Source of the DNA: Prevotella sp.
GTDB lineage: Bacteria; Bacteroidota; Bacteroidia; Bacteroidales; Bacteroidaceae
Assembly: GCA_018385335.1 (NCBI GenBank)
Contig: JAHAZN010000018.1
Span: forward strand, 5,839 to 69,838
Reading direction: 5' to 3'
DNA length: 64,000 bases
The position numbers and the translations under genes are program-made. The stretch's first letter is position 1, and the number at the start of each line of letters is the position of its first letter. Below the pieces are notes generated by a model. That model was not told where the DNA came from and made no database searches. It saw only the letters and a list, made by a program, of their open reading frames with translations. Below are positions 1 to 8,209 of the stretch, one piece after another.

Positions 1-2
1 GA

Positions 3-410
3 CGACGGTCAAGGCATAACAGCAGCTACTGGACCGGGGAACCTTACATAGGACTGGGGGCGGCTGCGCACTCGTATGACGGCAAAAGAAGTAGGAAATG
101 GAACGTGAGTGATGTGAGGTCGTATATCACCGAGATAGCGCAGGACCGACTGCCCTCGGAGGGTGAATGGCTCACTGACGTTCAACTGTTTAACGAGCGA
201 CTCATGCTCTCTCTGAGAACAAAGGAGGGGGTTGACAAAGGGGCGCTGATGGCACTGGGAGGAGAAGAACGCTATGAGCGATGCAGGAGGAAGGTTGAAC
301 AACTGATGGCGAAGGGACTGCTCACCGAGGATGACACTGCTTGGCGATTGACCAAGGAGGCTATCTTCGTGAGCGACATGATTATCGAGCAGTTGTTTGA
401 AGAGGACTGA
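3..410 (+). CDS. hemW: HemW/HemN-like radical SAM protein, C-terminal part only (5' end upstream of window)
   Basis: Frame 3 is open from the window edge. The translation ...NSSYWTGEPYIGLGAAAHSYDGKRSRKWN...LFNERLMLSLRTKEGV... looks like the C-terminal half of HemW/HemN-family proteins. Stop TGA at 408-410. Confidence 0.7.
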   Translation, partial: RRSRHNSSYWTGEPYIGLGAAAHSYDGKRSRKWNVSDVRSYITEIAQDRLPSEGEWLTDVQLFNERLMLSLRTKEGVDKGALMALGGEERYERCRRKVEQLMAKGLLTEDDTAWRLTKEAIFVSDMIIEQLFEED

Positions 411-447
411 CGGTAAAGAGAGAATAAAAAAAGAAAAAGAAGGATGG

Positions 448-1038
448 CTATTCGAAGGAGAGTTTGGCCAGACTCTGGCGCAGGCGCTCTGCCTCCGACT
501 TGCGGATAGCGAGGGTGATGCTGCAGGTGTTGTCGTATTGTTGACTGACAATGCGGGGCTGCTGTTCTTTCACTATCCTCATCACATCATTCATCATCAC
601 ATAAGGGAACTGATAGGTCACCTCTTCTTCTACCTGTCGAACCACCTTCTCACAGTGGGCGATGGCATCGGCGGCGGCGGTCTTGTAAGCCACTATCAAA
701 CCTCCAGTGCCGAGGTTAACACCACCATAATATCTCACTACGACAATGAGGATATCGGTGAGTTCGTTACTGTTGATCTGTCCGAGGATTGGTTTGCCTG
801 CCGTACTGCTGGGTTCTCCGTCGTCGTTGGCTCTAAACTCCTGACGGTCGGCACCGAGCATATAGGCATAACACACATGACGCGCATCATAATATTTCTT
901 CCTGTAGGCATCCACCAGTTCCTTCACCTCATCGGTGGTGGTTACATGATGCGCAAAGGCAAGGAATTTACTCCGTTTCTCAGAGTAAAATCCCTCGCCT
1001 TTCTGTGCTGTTATCGTCTGATATTCGTCGAGCTTCAT
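448..1038 (-). CDS. YigZ / IMPACT-family protein (UPF0029)
   Basis: 196 aa with an ATG start. Motifs SKFLAFAHHV, YDARHVCYAY, DDGEPSSTAGKPIL and VVVVRYYGGVNLG are typical of the YigZ/IMPACT N-terminal domain. The start overlaps the upstream stop as ATGA (1035-1038). Confidence 0.8.
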   Translation of the reverse strand: MKLDEYQTITAQKGEGFYSEKRSKFLAFAHHVTTTDEVKELVDAYRKKYYDARHVCYAYMLGADRQEFRANDDGEPSSTAGKPILGQINSNELTDILIVVVRYYGGVNLGTGGLIVAYKTAAADAIAHCEKVVRQVEEEVTYQFPYVMMNDVMRIVKEQQPRIVSQQYDNTCSITLAIRKSEAERLRQSLAKLSFE

Positions 1039-2282
1039 CCAAGTTGATGTATCACCAGTCCTGAACGGAGCTTGGGTTCAAACCATGTGGCCTTTGGTGG
1101 CATGATCTTACCACTGTCGGCAATGTCCATAATCTGCTGCATTGAAACGGGATAGAGAGCGAGCGCCATGCGCATCTCGCCGCTGTCAACACGGCGTTTC
1201 AGTTCACCCAGTCCACGCAATCCTCCGACGAAGTCGATGCGGTTGCTGCTTCTCAGGTCTTTGATGTCGAGAATCTCATCGAGGATGAGGCGACTGGAGA
1301 TATCCACGTCGAGCACGCCGATGGGGTCGCTGTCGTCAAAGGTGCCGGCCTTGGCGGTGAGACTGTACCACTGACCGTCTAAATAGAGTGAGAACTCATG
1401 CAACTTAGCGGGTTTGTAGATCTCTGCTCCCTGGCATACGACGGTGAAGTTCTTCGACAATGCTTCGAGGAACGCTTCACTGCTCAGACCATTGAGGTCT
1501 TTCACCACGCGGTTGTAATCGAGGATGGTGAGTTGTGAAGCTTGGAAGCAAACGGCCATGAAGTAGTTGTACTCTTCGTCGCCACGGTGATGAGGATTGT
1601 TCTTGGCTTTCTCTGCTCCTACAAGGGCGGCAGCAGCAGAACGGTGATGACCGTCGGCGATATAGAGCGAAGGCATCTTGGCAAACTCTGCCGTGATGGT
1701 TGCGATGTCGTTCTCGTCGGAAATGACCCAGAACTGATGACGGAAGCCGTCAATGGGTGCCACGAAATCGTATTCGGCTGGGGTGGACGCATAGCGCATG
1801 ATAAGTGTGTCAAGCACCTCGTTGTCGGGATAGGCAAAGAAGACGGGCTCGATGTTGGCGTTGTTCACACGCACATGTTTCATGCGGTCTTCTTCTTTAT
1901 CACGACGAGTAAGCTCGTGCTTCTTGATGACGCCCGTCATATAATCATTCACATAGGCACCGACAACAAGACCATACTGGGTCTTGCCGTTCATGGTCTG
2001 TGCGTAGATATAATACTGTTCCTTGGGATCTTCTACCAACCAGCCATTCTCTTGAAACTTCTTGAAGTTCTCTGCAGCCTTCTCATAGACACGGGGGTCG
2101 TATTCACTGGTGCCGGGTTCGAAGTCGATCTCAGGCTTGATGATATGATAAAGACTCTTGGCATTGTCGCCTGCCTCTTCTCTTGCTTCCTCAGAGTTGA
2201 GCACGTCGTAAGGGCGCGACTCTACCTGCTCCACCAAATCCTTTGGGGGACGGATACCTTTAAATGGTTTGATGATTGCCAT
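1035..2282 (-). CDS. DUF1015 domain-containing protein
   Basis: 415 aa. The N-terminus MAIIKPFKGIRPPKDLVEQVESRPYDVLNSEEAREE and the internal IADGHHRSAAA motif resemble the DUF1015 family. It lies 30 nt downstream of serA. Confidence 0.7.
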   Translation of the reverse strand: MAIIKPFKGIRPPKDLVEQVESRPYDVLNSEEAREEAGDNAKSLYHIIKPEIDFEPGTSEYDPRVYEKAAENFKKFQENGWLVEDPKEQYYIYAQTMNGKTQYGLVVGAYVNDYMTGVIKKHELTRRDKEEDRMKHVRVNNANIEPVFFAYPDNEVLDTLIMRYASTPAEYDFVAPIDGFRHQFWVISDENDIATITAEFAKMPSLYIADGHHRSAAAALVGAEKAKNNPHHRGDEEYNYFMAVCFQASQLTILDYNRVVKDLNGLSSEAFLEALSKNFTVVCQGAEIYKPAKLHEFSLYLDGQWYSLTAKAGTFDDSDPIGVLDVDISSRLILDEILDIKDLRSSNRIDFVGGLRGLGELKRRVDSGEMRMALALYPVSMQQIMDIADSGKIMPPKATWFEPKLRSGLVIHQLG

Positions 2283-2312
2283 AGTGTAAAGGTGTATTTA
2301 CTTGTTAGATAA

Positions 2313-3227
2313 TCAGTTGACCTTAAACTTGGTACAACCGTCCTTGAAGAACGCGTTGATCTGACGGGCGGCAGCGATACCGGCATTGGTGTTGGCCTCG
2401 GCGGTCTGTGCTCCCATCTTCTTAGGTGTGCTGAAATATCTTCCTTCCATCTGGGCGAAATCGGCATCGGCATCGGGTTTGATGTCGGTAACAAACTTCA
2501 GGTCGGTGCGCTCGGCCATGAGTTTGAGCAGTTCGGGCTCGTTGATGACCTCCTTGCGTGCGGTGTTCACCAAGATACCACCCTTCTTCATCTTACCTAC
2601 GAGTGCGTAGTTGATGCTCTCCTTGGTCTCTGCTGTGGCTGGGATATGAAGAGAAACGACGTCGCAGGTCTCAAAGAGTGCCTCCTGACTGTCAACAGCC
2701 TTCACTCCGGCGGCCTCGATGACATCCTTAGGACAATAAGCATCGAAGGCATACACCTCCATACCGAAGCCGGCAGCGATGCGGGCTACGTTGCGACCTA
2801 CATTACCAAAGGCGAGGATACCCAGTTTCTTATCTTTCAACTCTGTGCCTGCCTTACCATTGTAGAAGTTGCGTACGGCGAAGACCAAAAGACCAAAGAC
2901 GAGTTCGGCTACTGCGTTGGCATTCTGTCCGGGGGTATTCTCTGCTACAACGTTGTGGGCGGTAGCTGCTGCCAGGTCGATGTTGTCGTAACCGGCACCG
3001 GCACGCACTACTATCTTCAACTGTTTGGCGGCATCGAGCACCTCTGCATCCACCTTATCAGAACGGATAATGAGCGCATCGGCATCTGCCACTGCGTCTA
3101 ACAGCTGACTCTTCTCTGTATATTTCTCGAGCAAGGCCAGTTGATGACCAGCTCCTTCTATCTCTGCTTTGATACCCTCAACGGCGGCGGCGGCAAAGGG
3201 TTTTTCTGTTGCGACAAGTACTTTCAT
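2313..3227 (-). CDS. serA: D-3-phosphoglycerate dehydrogenase (short form, no ACT domain) / D-2-hydroxyacid dehydrogenase family
   Basis: 304 aa. It has an NAD-binding GILAFGNVGRNVA motif and the D-isomer 2-hydroxyacid dehydrogenase signature region. It is adjacent to serC. Confidence 0.8.
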   Translation of the reverse strand: MKVLVATEKPFAAAAVEGIKAEIEGAGHQLALLEKYTEKSQLLDAVADADALIIRSDKVDAEVLDAAKQLKIVVRAGAGYDNIDLAAATAHNVVAENTPGQNANAVAELVFGLLVFAVRNFYNGKAGTELKDKKLGILAFGNVGRNVARIAAGFGMEVYAFDAYCPKDVIEAAGVKAVDSQEALFETCDVVSLHIPATAETKESINYALVGKMKKGGILVNTARKEVINEPELLKLMAERTDLKFVTDIKPDADADFAQMEGRYFSTPKKMGAQTAEANTNAGIAAARQINAFFKDGCTKFKVN

Positions 3228-3263
3228 AATCGTTGAATGATGGTTATGTCAATAAATAATTTG

Positions 3264-3323
3264 ATAAAAAGACTGATGTTTGGCATCACCCTCATCATAA
3301 GGTGTGGCTGCCAAACATCAGTC
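3264..3323 (-). terminator. Strong hairpin plus U-tract between serC and serA
   Basis: Perfect 15-bp arms GACTGATGTTTGGCA (3271-3285) and TGCCAAACATCAGTC (3309-3323). On the minus strand the hairpin is followed by TTTTTATC (complement of 3263-3270). Confidence 0.7.
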
Positions 3324-3334
3324 GATATGTTTCT

Positions 3335-4402
3335 TTAGTTCTGACGCTCAAAGTCCTTCATGGCCTGAACGAGTGCATTGACACCTTCGATGGTCTGGGC
3401 GTTGTAGCAGCTGGCGCGGAAACCACCTACGCTGCGATGGCCCTTGATGCCGACCATACCACGCTCGGTGGCGAAATCGAAGAAGGGCTTCTCCAACTCC
3501 TTATACTCATCGTTCATCACGAAGCAGATGTTCATCACTGAACGGTCTTCGGTAGCCACGGTACCCTTGAAGAGCTTGTTGCGGTCGATCTCACTGTAGA
3601 GGATGTCGGCACGTTGAAGGGCGAGCTTATCCATGGCCTCAACACCGCCGTTCTTCTTAATCCAGCGCAATGTCTCGAGTGCAGAATAGATGGGCACTAC
3701 GGGAGGGGTGTTGAACATTGAACCTTTCTCTACATGGGTGCGGTAGTCGAGCATGGTGGGTATCTGGCGGGGAGCCTTACCCAGTGCGTCGTCCTTGATG
3801 ATGGCGAGGGTCACACCTGCCATGGCAAGGTTCTTCTGCGCACCGGCATAGATACAATCATACTTAGCCACGTCGATAGGACGGCTGAAGATATCGGAAG
3901 ACATGTCGGCAATCATGCGAACGGGCACGTCGAGTTCCTTACGTATCTCTGTACCATAGATGGTGTTGTTGGTGGTGATGTGGAGATAATCGACATCAGT
4001 GGGGCATGTCCAATCCTTGGGGATAAAGGTGTAGTTGGCATCGGCTGACGAAGCCACCTCAACAACATCGCCAAAGAGCTTGGCTTCTTTCATTGCCTTC
4101 TTGGCCCAAGTACCTGTATTGAGATAAGCTGCCTTCTTAATCAAGAAGTTATAGGGAATCATACAGAACTCCAGCGAGGCGCCGCCGCCAAGAAATATCA
4201 CGGAATAGCCTTCGGGTACCTGGAGCAATTCTTTGATTAAATCTACGGCCTCGTCAACAACGGGTTGAAAATCCTTGGCACGATGGCTGATCTCCATGAG
4301 TGAAAGACCTGAGCCATTGAAGTCAAGACACTGCTTAGCGGTGTTCTCTATCACTTCACGGGGAAGCATTGAGGGACCTGCATTAAAGTTGTACTTCTTC
4401 AT
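3335..4402 (-). CDS. serC: 3-phosphoserine/phosphohydroxythreonine aminotransferase
   Basis: 355 aa. [17 protein letters not shown]..., the HRAKDF motif and overall layout are typical of SerC. Confidence 0.93.
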   Translation of the reverse strand: MKKYNFNAGPSMLPREVIENTAKQCLDFNGSGLSLMEISHRAKDFQPVVDEAVDLIKELLQVPEGYSVIFLGGGASLEFCMIPYNFLIKKAAYLNTGTWAKKAMKEAKLFGDVVEVASSADANYTFIPKDWTCPTDVDYLHITTNNTIYGTEIRKELDVPVRMIADMSSDIFSRPIDVAKYDCIYAGAQKNLAMAGVTLAIIKDDALGKAPRQIPTMLDYRTHVEKGSMFNTPPVVPIYSALETLRWIKKNGGVEAMDKLALQRADILYSEIDRNKLFKGTVATEDRSVMNICFVMNDEYKELEKPFFDFATERGMVGIKGHRSVGGFRASCYNAQTIEGVNALVQAMKDFERQN

Positions 4403-4591
4403 TTGATTGTCAAATTGATTAAATATGATATAAGTTAATTCTCAGATTCTGACTGATTTTTACTTCCATCTGTCTGATGGAACTCAGCAACCAAATAAAA
4501 TGGTAACTGAAAACGTCGGCGAAATTACACTTTTTCTTTCATACAGCCAAATAATTTAGCAAAAATATAAGCGAAAGACTAAAATTAGTGT

Positions 4592-5908
4592 CTATTTGAC
4601 ACATTCAACAATGGTTTTGATACCTTTTATCTTTTCTCCCTTCACTTTTTTGAGCATCTCACCAACGGCCTTTCGTTCCACGGCAACATAGGTATAGCGG
4701 TCTTTCACATCTATCTTACCTACCTGCGCCATGGTCAGTCCGCCCTTCTTGCAGAGGAAGCCCACGATATCGCCCTTGCTCAGTTTGTCTTTCTTTCCCT
4801 TACCTATATATATAGTGGTCATGAGCGGCTGAGGGGGAAGGGGCATCTCGGCGGGCAGCACAAAGGTCTGGGGCTGAACAGTGAGATAGTCGGGAAGAGG
4901 CTCCTCGGGACCGAGGAGGAAGAAGTTGTCGCCCGATGATTGCCAGCGGGCGGTGCGGCCTACCCTATGGATATAGGCTTCTTCGTTGAGCGGAAGATGA
5001 TAGTGGACGACATTCTGAATCAATGGGATATCCAGACCACGGGCTGCGAGGTCGGTGGCAACAAAGATGTTGGCGGAACCGTTTGAGAACTTATAAAGGG
5101 CGTCTTCGCGCAACTGCTGGTCTAAACCGCCGTGAAGGAAACTGATGGAGAATCCCTCGTTCTGCAGATAGTTGGCCACGCGCTCTACACTCTCACGGAA
5201 GTTGAGAAAGACCAGACTGCTCTGATGTCCTATTGCACAGAGCAGGTGTTTCAGCGCGGGGAGCTTGTCTTTCTCCTCGCTCATCACACACCAGTGATTG
5301 ACACGCTGCTGCACCTCTTCTCTCTGATGGAGATAATCGACTCTTGTCACCTTTCCCATCCTCACGAAGGAGGGGATCTGCTGGGCATCGGTGGCAGAGA
5401 GAAGGAGGCGTCGGCGAAGCCCGGGGAGATACCTGATGAGCTGTGACATCTCTTCCATGAATCCCATCTCAAGACATTTGTCAAACTCATCAATCACCAG
5501 GTATCTCACGGTATAGGGAGAGAAGTTTTCCTTGGCGAGATGGTCGTTGAGCCTTCCCGGTGTACCGAAAATGACCTGAGGTAGCTGTCGGTTCATCGTC
5601 TGATGCTCTTCCATAGCGGGACGTCCGCCGTAACAGGCCATGCTGCGATAGCGACCGATGCGCTTCACGACATTGTCCGACTGCAGTGCCAGTTCTCTGC
5701 TGGGTGTCACCACAAGCAGTTGCACGCGCTCTGCCTGCTCGTCGATGCTTTCCAACAGTGGCAGGAGATAGGCCAAGGTCTTTCCCGAGCCTGTGGGCGA
5801 CAACACCACCACATCATTGTCGGTCTCACGGAAAGCTTTGCCCACAGCCACCTGCATCGCGTTGAGTTCTTCTATCTTGAGCTTGCTTAATATCTCGTCT
5901 TGATTCAT
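4592..5908 (-). CDS. DEAD-box ATP-dependent RNA helicase with C-terminal DbpA-type RNA-binding domain
   Basis: Contains SPTGSGKT (Walker A), VIDEFD (a DEAD-box variant), SAT and HRVGRTAR motifs, plus a C-terminal DbpA-like tail. I trimmed the start to the ATG at 5906-5908 (MNQDEIL...), because the track's longer start overlaps the upstream gene. Confidence 0.85.
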   Translation of the reverse strand: MNQDEILSKLKIEELNAMQVAVGKAFRETDNDVVVLSPTGSGKTLAYLLPLLESIDEQAERVQLLVVTPSRELALQSDNVVKRIGRYRSMACYGGRPAMEEHQTMNRQLPQVIFGTPGRLNDHLAKENFSPYTVRYLVIDEFDKCLEMGFMEEMSQLIRYLPGLRRRLLLSATDAQQIPSFVRMGKVTRVDYLHQREEVQQRVNHWCVMSEEKDKLPALKHLLCAIGHQSSLVFLNFRESVERVANYLQNEGFSISFLHGGLDQQLREDALYKFSNGSANIFVATDLAARGLDIPLIQNVVHYHLPLNEEAYIHRVGRTARWQSSGDNFFLLGPEEPLPDYLTVQPQTFVLPAEMPLPPQPLMTTIYIGKGKKDKLSKGDIVGFLCKKGGLTMAQVGKIDVKDRYTYVAVERKAVGEMLKKVKGEKIKGIKTIVECVK

Positions 5909-5921
5909 CTTCTTGCTTGTT

Positions 5922-6749
5922 CTATTGGTTGTCTTGAACCTGCATGGTGGCAAGTTCGAAAATGCCCGTAGGTATAGTGCGTTTCAGCACTTCGAGTTCT
6001 ATATCCTTACCTACGACCACGCCATAGCTTCTTAGTACTGCCTCTACGGTCTTGCGTGCCAGTTCGGGGTGGTTGTTCTGCTCGCTGAGATGACAGAGCC
6101 ACACTCGCTTGAGTTGCTCACTCATGTTCTCAGCAAGAGCCACACCACAGTCGTGGTTGCAGAGATGTCCCGTTCCGCTCAGTATTCGCTTCTTCAAGTA
6201 TTCGGGATAATGTCCGTTCTGCAACATCTCTTTATCATAGTTGGCTTCTATCACTAAATAGTCGGCGATAGCTATCATCTCCTTCATCTCATCGGTCACC
6301 TCGCCTATATCGGTCATAATAACGAAATGAACGCCCTCAACCTCGATGTGATAGCCCACATTGTCAACACTGTCGTGGGGCACACCAAAGGGGGTGACGA
6401 GAAAGTCGCCTAACTGATAACGATGACCTTTTTCCACAAGGATTTGATACTCTGCCGGTATCTTACGATGAACACAGTAGTTTTTATTGATCCCATCATG
6501 CACTTCCTTGGTAGAGTAAACAGGGAGATCACGGTCTTTGCTCAAACTACCCACGCATTTCACATGGTCGGCATGGTCATGGGTGACAAGGACGTTTTTT
6601 ACCATCGATAAACTCAACCCATAATCCCTAAAATATTTTTTCAGTGTTCGTATTCCAACACCAGCATCTATAATGAGGCCATCCGTCGACGTATAAAGGT
6701 AGTAGCAATTACCGCTGCTACCACTGCCAAAGGATAAAAAATTCAGCAT
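5922..6749 (-). CDS. MBL-fold metallo-hydrolase (YycJ-like)
   Basis: Has the HDHADH metal-binding motif and the N-terminus MLNFLSFGSGSSGNCYYL. The ATG at 6747-6749 lies 20 nt behind a TATCTTTG box. Confidence 0.8.
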   Translation of the reverse strand: MLNFLSFGSGSSGNCYYLYTSTDGLIIDAGVGIRTLKKYFRDYGLSLSMVKNVLVTHDHADHVKCVGSLSKDRDLPVYSTKEVHDGINKNYCVHRKIPAEYQILVEKGHRYQLGDFLVTPFGVPHDSVDNVGYHIEVEGVHFVIMTDIGEVTDEMKEMIAIADYLVIEANYDKEMLQNGHYPEYLKKRILSGTGHLCNHDCGVALAENMSEQLKRVWLCHLSEQNNHPELARKTVEAVLRSYGVVVGKDIELEVLKRTIPTGIFELATMQVQDNQ

Positions 6750-6768
6750 TGTATTATTTATTTTCGGC

Positions 6769-6776
6769 AAAGATAT
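6769..6776 (-). promoter_or_regulatory. Bacteroidetes-type -7 promoter box (TAnnTTTG) for the MBL/DEAD-helicase unit
   Basis: The reverse complement reads TATCTTTG, about 20 nt upstream of the ATG at 6749. Confidence 0.55.
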
Positions 6777-6820
6777 AAATAAAATCTCATACATCCAACA
6801 CATTTTTTTAAATTTATCAT

Positions 6821-6828
6821 TACCTTTG
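6821..6828 (+). promoter_or_regulatory. -7 promoter box (TAnnTTTG) upstream of glyA
   Basis: TACCTTTG lies 86 nt upstream of the glyA ATG. Confidence 0.55.
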
Positions 6829-6913
6829 CAAGCAGATTACGCTTTTTTCTTTCACAAAGATGTGACTGCTTCAGCGAGCTGATGATCATTTAATATTCAC
6901 ATATATCTAAAAA

Positions 6914-8194
6914 ATGAAAAGAGACCAAGAGATTTTCGACCTCATCGAAAAAGAACACCAACGCCAATTGAAGGGCATTGAGTTGATTGCATCAGAGAAT
7001 TTTGTTTCTAACGAAGTGATGGAAGCCATGGGCTCCTACCTCACCAACAAGTATGCTGAGGGTTATCCCGGCAAGCGCTACTATGGAGGCTGCCAGGTGG
7101 TTGACCAAGTGGAGCAGCTCGCCATCGACCGCGTGTGTCAACTCTTCGGTGCAGAGTATGCCAACGTGCAACCTCACTCAGGTGCACAGGCCAACGCCGC
7201 TGTCCTCCTCGCTGTTCTACAACCAGGCGACACTTTCATGGGATTGAATCTTGCACATGGAGGACACCTCTCTCACGGTTCACTGGTGAACACCAGCGGT
7301 ATTCTCTACAAGCCTGTGGGATATAACCTCAACCAGGAGACGGGACGTGTTGACTATGATGAGATGGAGCGTTTGGCACTGGAGCACAAACCTAAGCTCA
7401 TTATCGGTGGTGGTTCAGCCTATAGTAGAGAGTGGGACTACAAACGTATGCGTGAGATTGCCGACAAGGTGGGCGCACTGCTGATGATCGACATGGCTCA
7501 TCCCGCCGGTCTCATCGCTGCCGGTCTGCTCGACAACCCCGTGAAATATGCACATATCGTTACCTCGACAACACATAAGACACTCCGCGGTCCTCGTGGA
7601 GGTATCATCCTGATGGGTAAAGACTTCGAGAACCCATGGGGACTCACCACACCTAAGGGACAGGTGAAGATGATGAGTCAGCTGCTCAACACTGCCGTCT
7701 TCCCAGGACAGCAGGGTGGACCACTGGAACACGTCATCGCTGCCAAGGCTGTTGCCTTCCGCGAGGCGCTTCAACCTGAGTTTAAAGCGTGGGCTACACA
7801 GGTGCAGAAGAACGCTAAAGTGCTGGCTGACGAACTCATCAAACGTGGATTCACCATCGTCAGCGGTGGTACGGACAACCACTCTATGCTCGTTGACCTC
7901 CGTGCTAAATACCCTGAACTCACCGGTAAGGTGGCGGAGAATGCACTCGTGGCTGCCGACATCACGGTAAACAAGAACATGGTGCCATTCGATACACGTA
8001 GCGCCTTCCAGACAAGTGGTATCCGCCTGGGTACACCTGCCATCACTACACGTGGTGCGAAGGAGGATCTCATGGTCGTTATCGCCGAACTCATCGAAGA
8101 GGTACTCAACGACCCTGAAAACGAGGCTGTTATCACCAGCGTACGCAACAGGGTGAACGATATGATGAAAAACTATCCTCTCTTCGCTTACTAA
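6914..8194 (+). CDS. glyA: serine hydroxymethyltransferase
   Basis: 426 aa. [19 protein letters not shown] and the [17 protein letters not shown]-lysine region are canonical SHMT. Confidence 0.95.
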   Translation: MKRDQEIFDLIEKEHQRQLKGIELIASENFVSNEVMEAMGSYLTNKYAEGYPGKRYYGGCQVVDQVEQLAIDRVCQLFGAEYANVQPHSGAQANAAVLLAVLQPGDTFMGLNLAHGGHLSHGSLVNTSGILYKPVGYNLNQETGRVDYDEMERLALEHKPKLIIGGGSAYSREWDYKRMREIADKVGALLMIDMAHPAGLIAAGLLDNPVKYAHIVTSTTHKTLRGPRGGIILMGKDFENPWGLTTPKGQVKMMSQLLNTAVFPGQQGGPLEHVIAAKAVAFREALQPEFKAWATQVQKNAKVLADELIKRGFTIVSGGTDNHSMLVDLRAKYPELTGKVAENALVAADITVNKNMVPFDTRSAFQTSGIRLGTPAITTRGAKEDLMVVIAELIEEVLNDPENEAVITSVRNRVNDMMKNYPLFAY

Positions 8195-8209
8195 TCTATA
8201 GAATAGTAT

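Noticed and set aside
6829-6913. Possible riboswitch in the 86-nt glyA leader (glyA is riboswitch-controlled in some phyla).
   Set aside because: I could find no stable stems. The only pairing is CAGC-GA-GCTG, whose loop is too short. There is also no resemblance to glycine, THF or T-box architectures.
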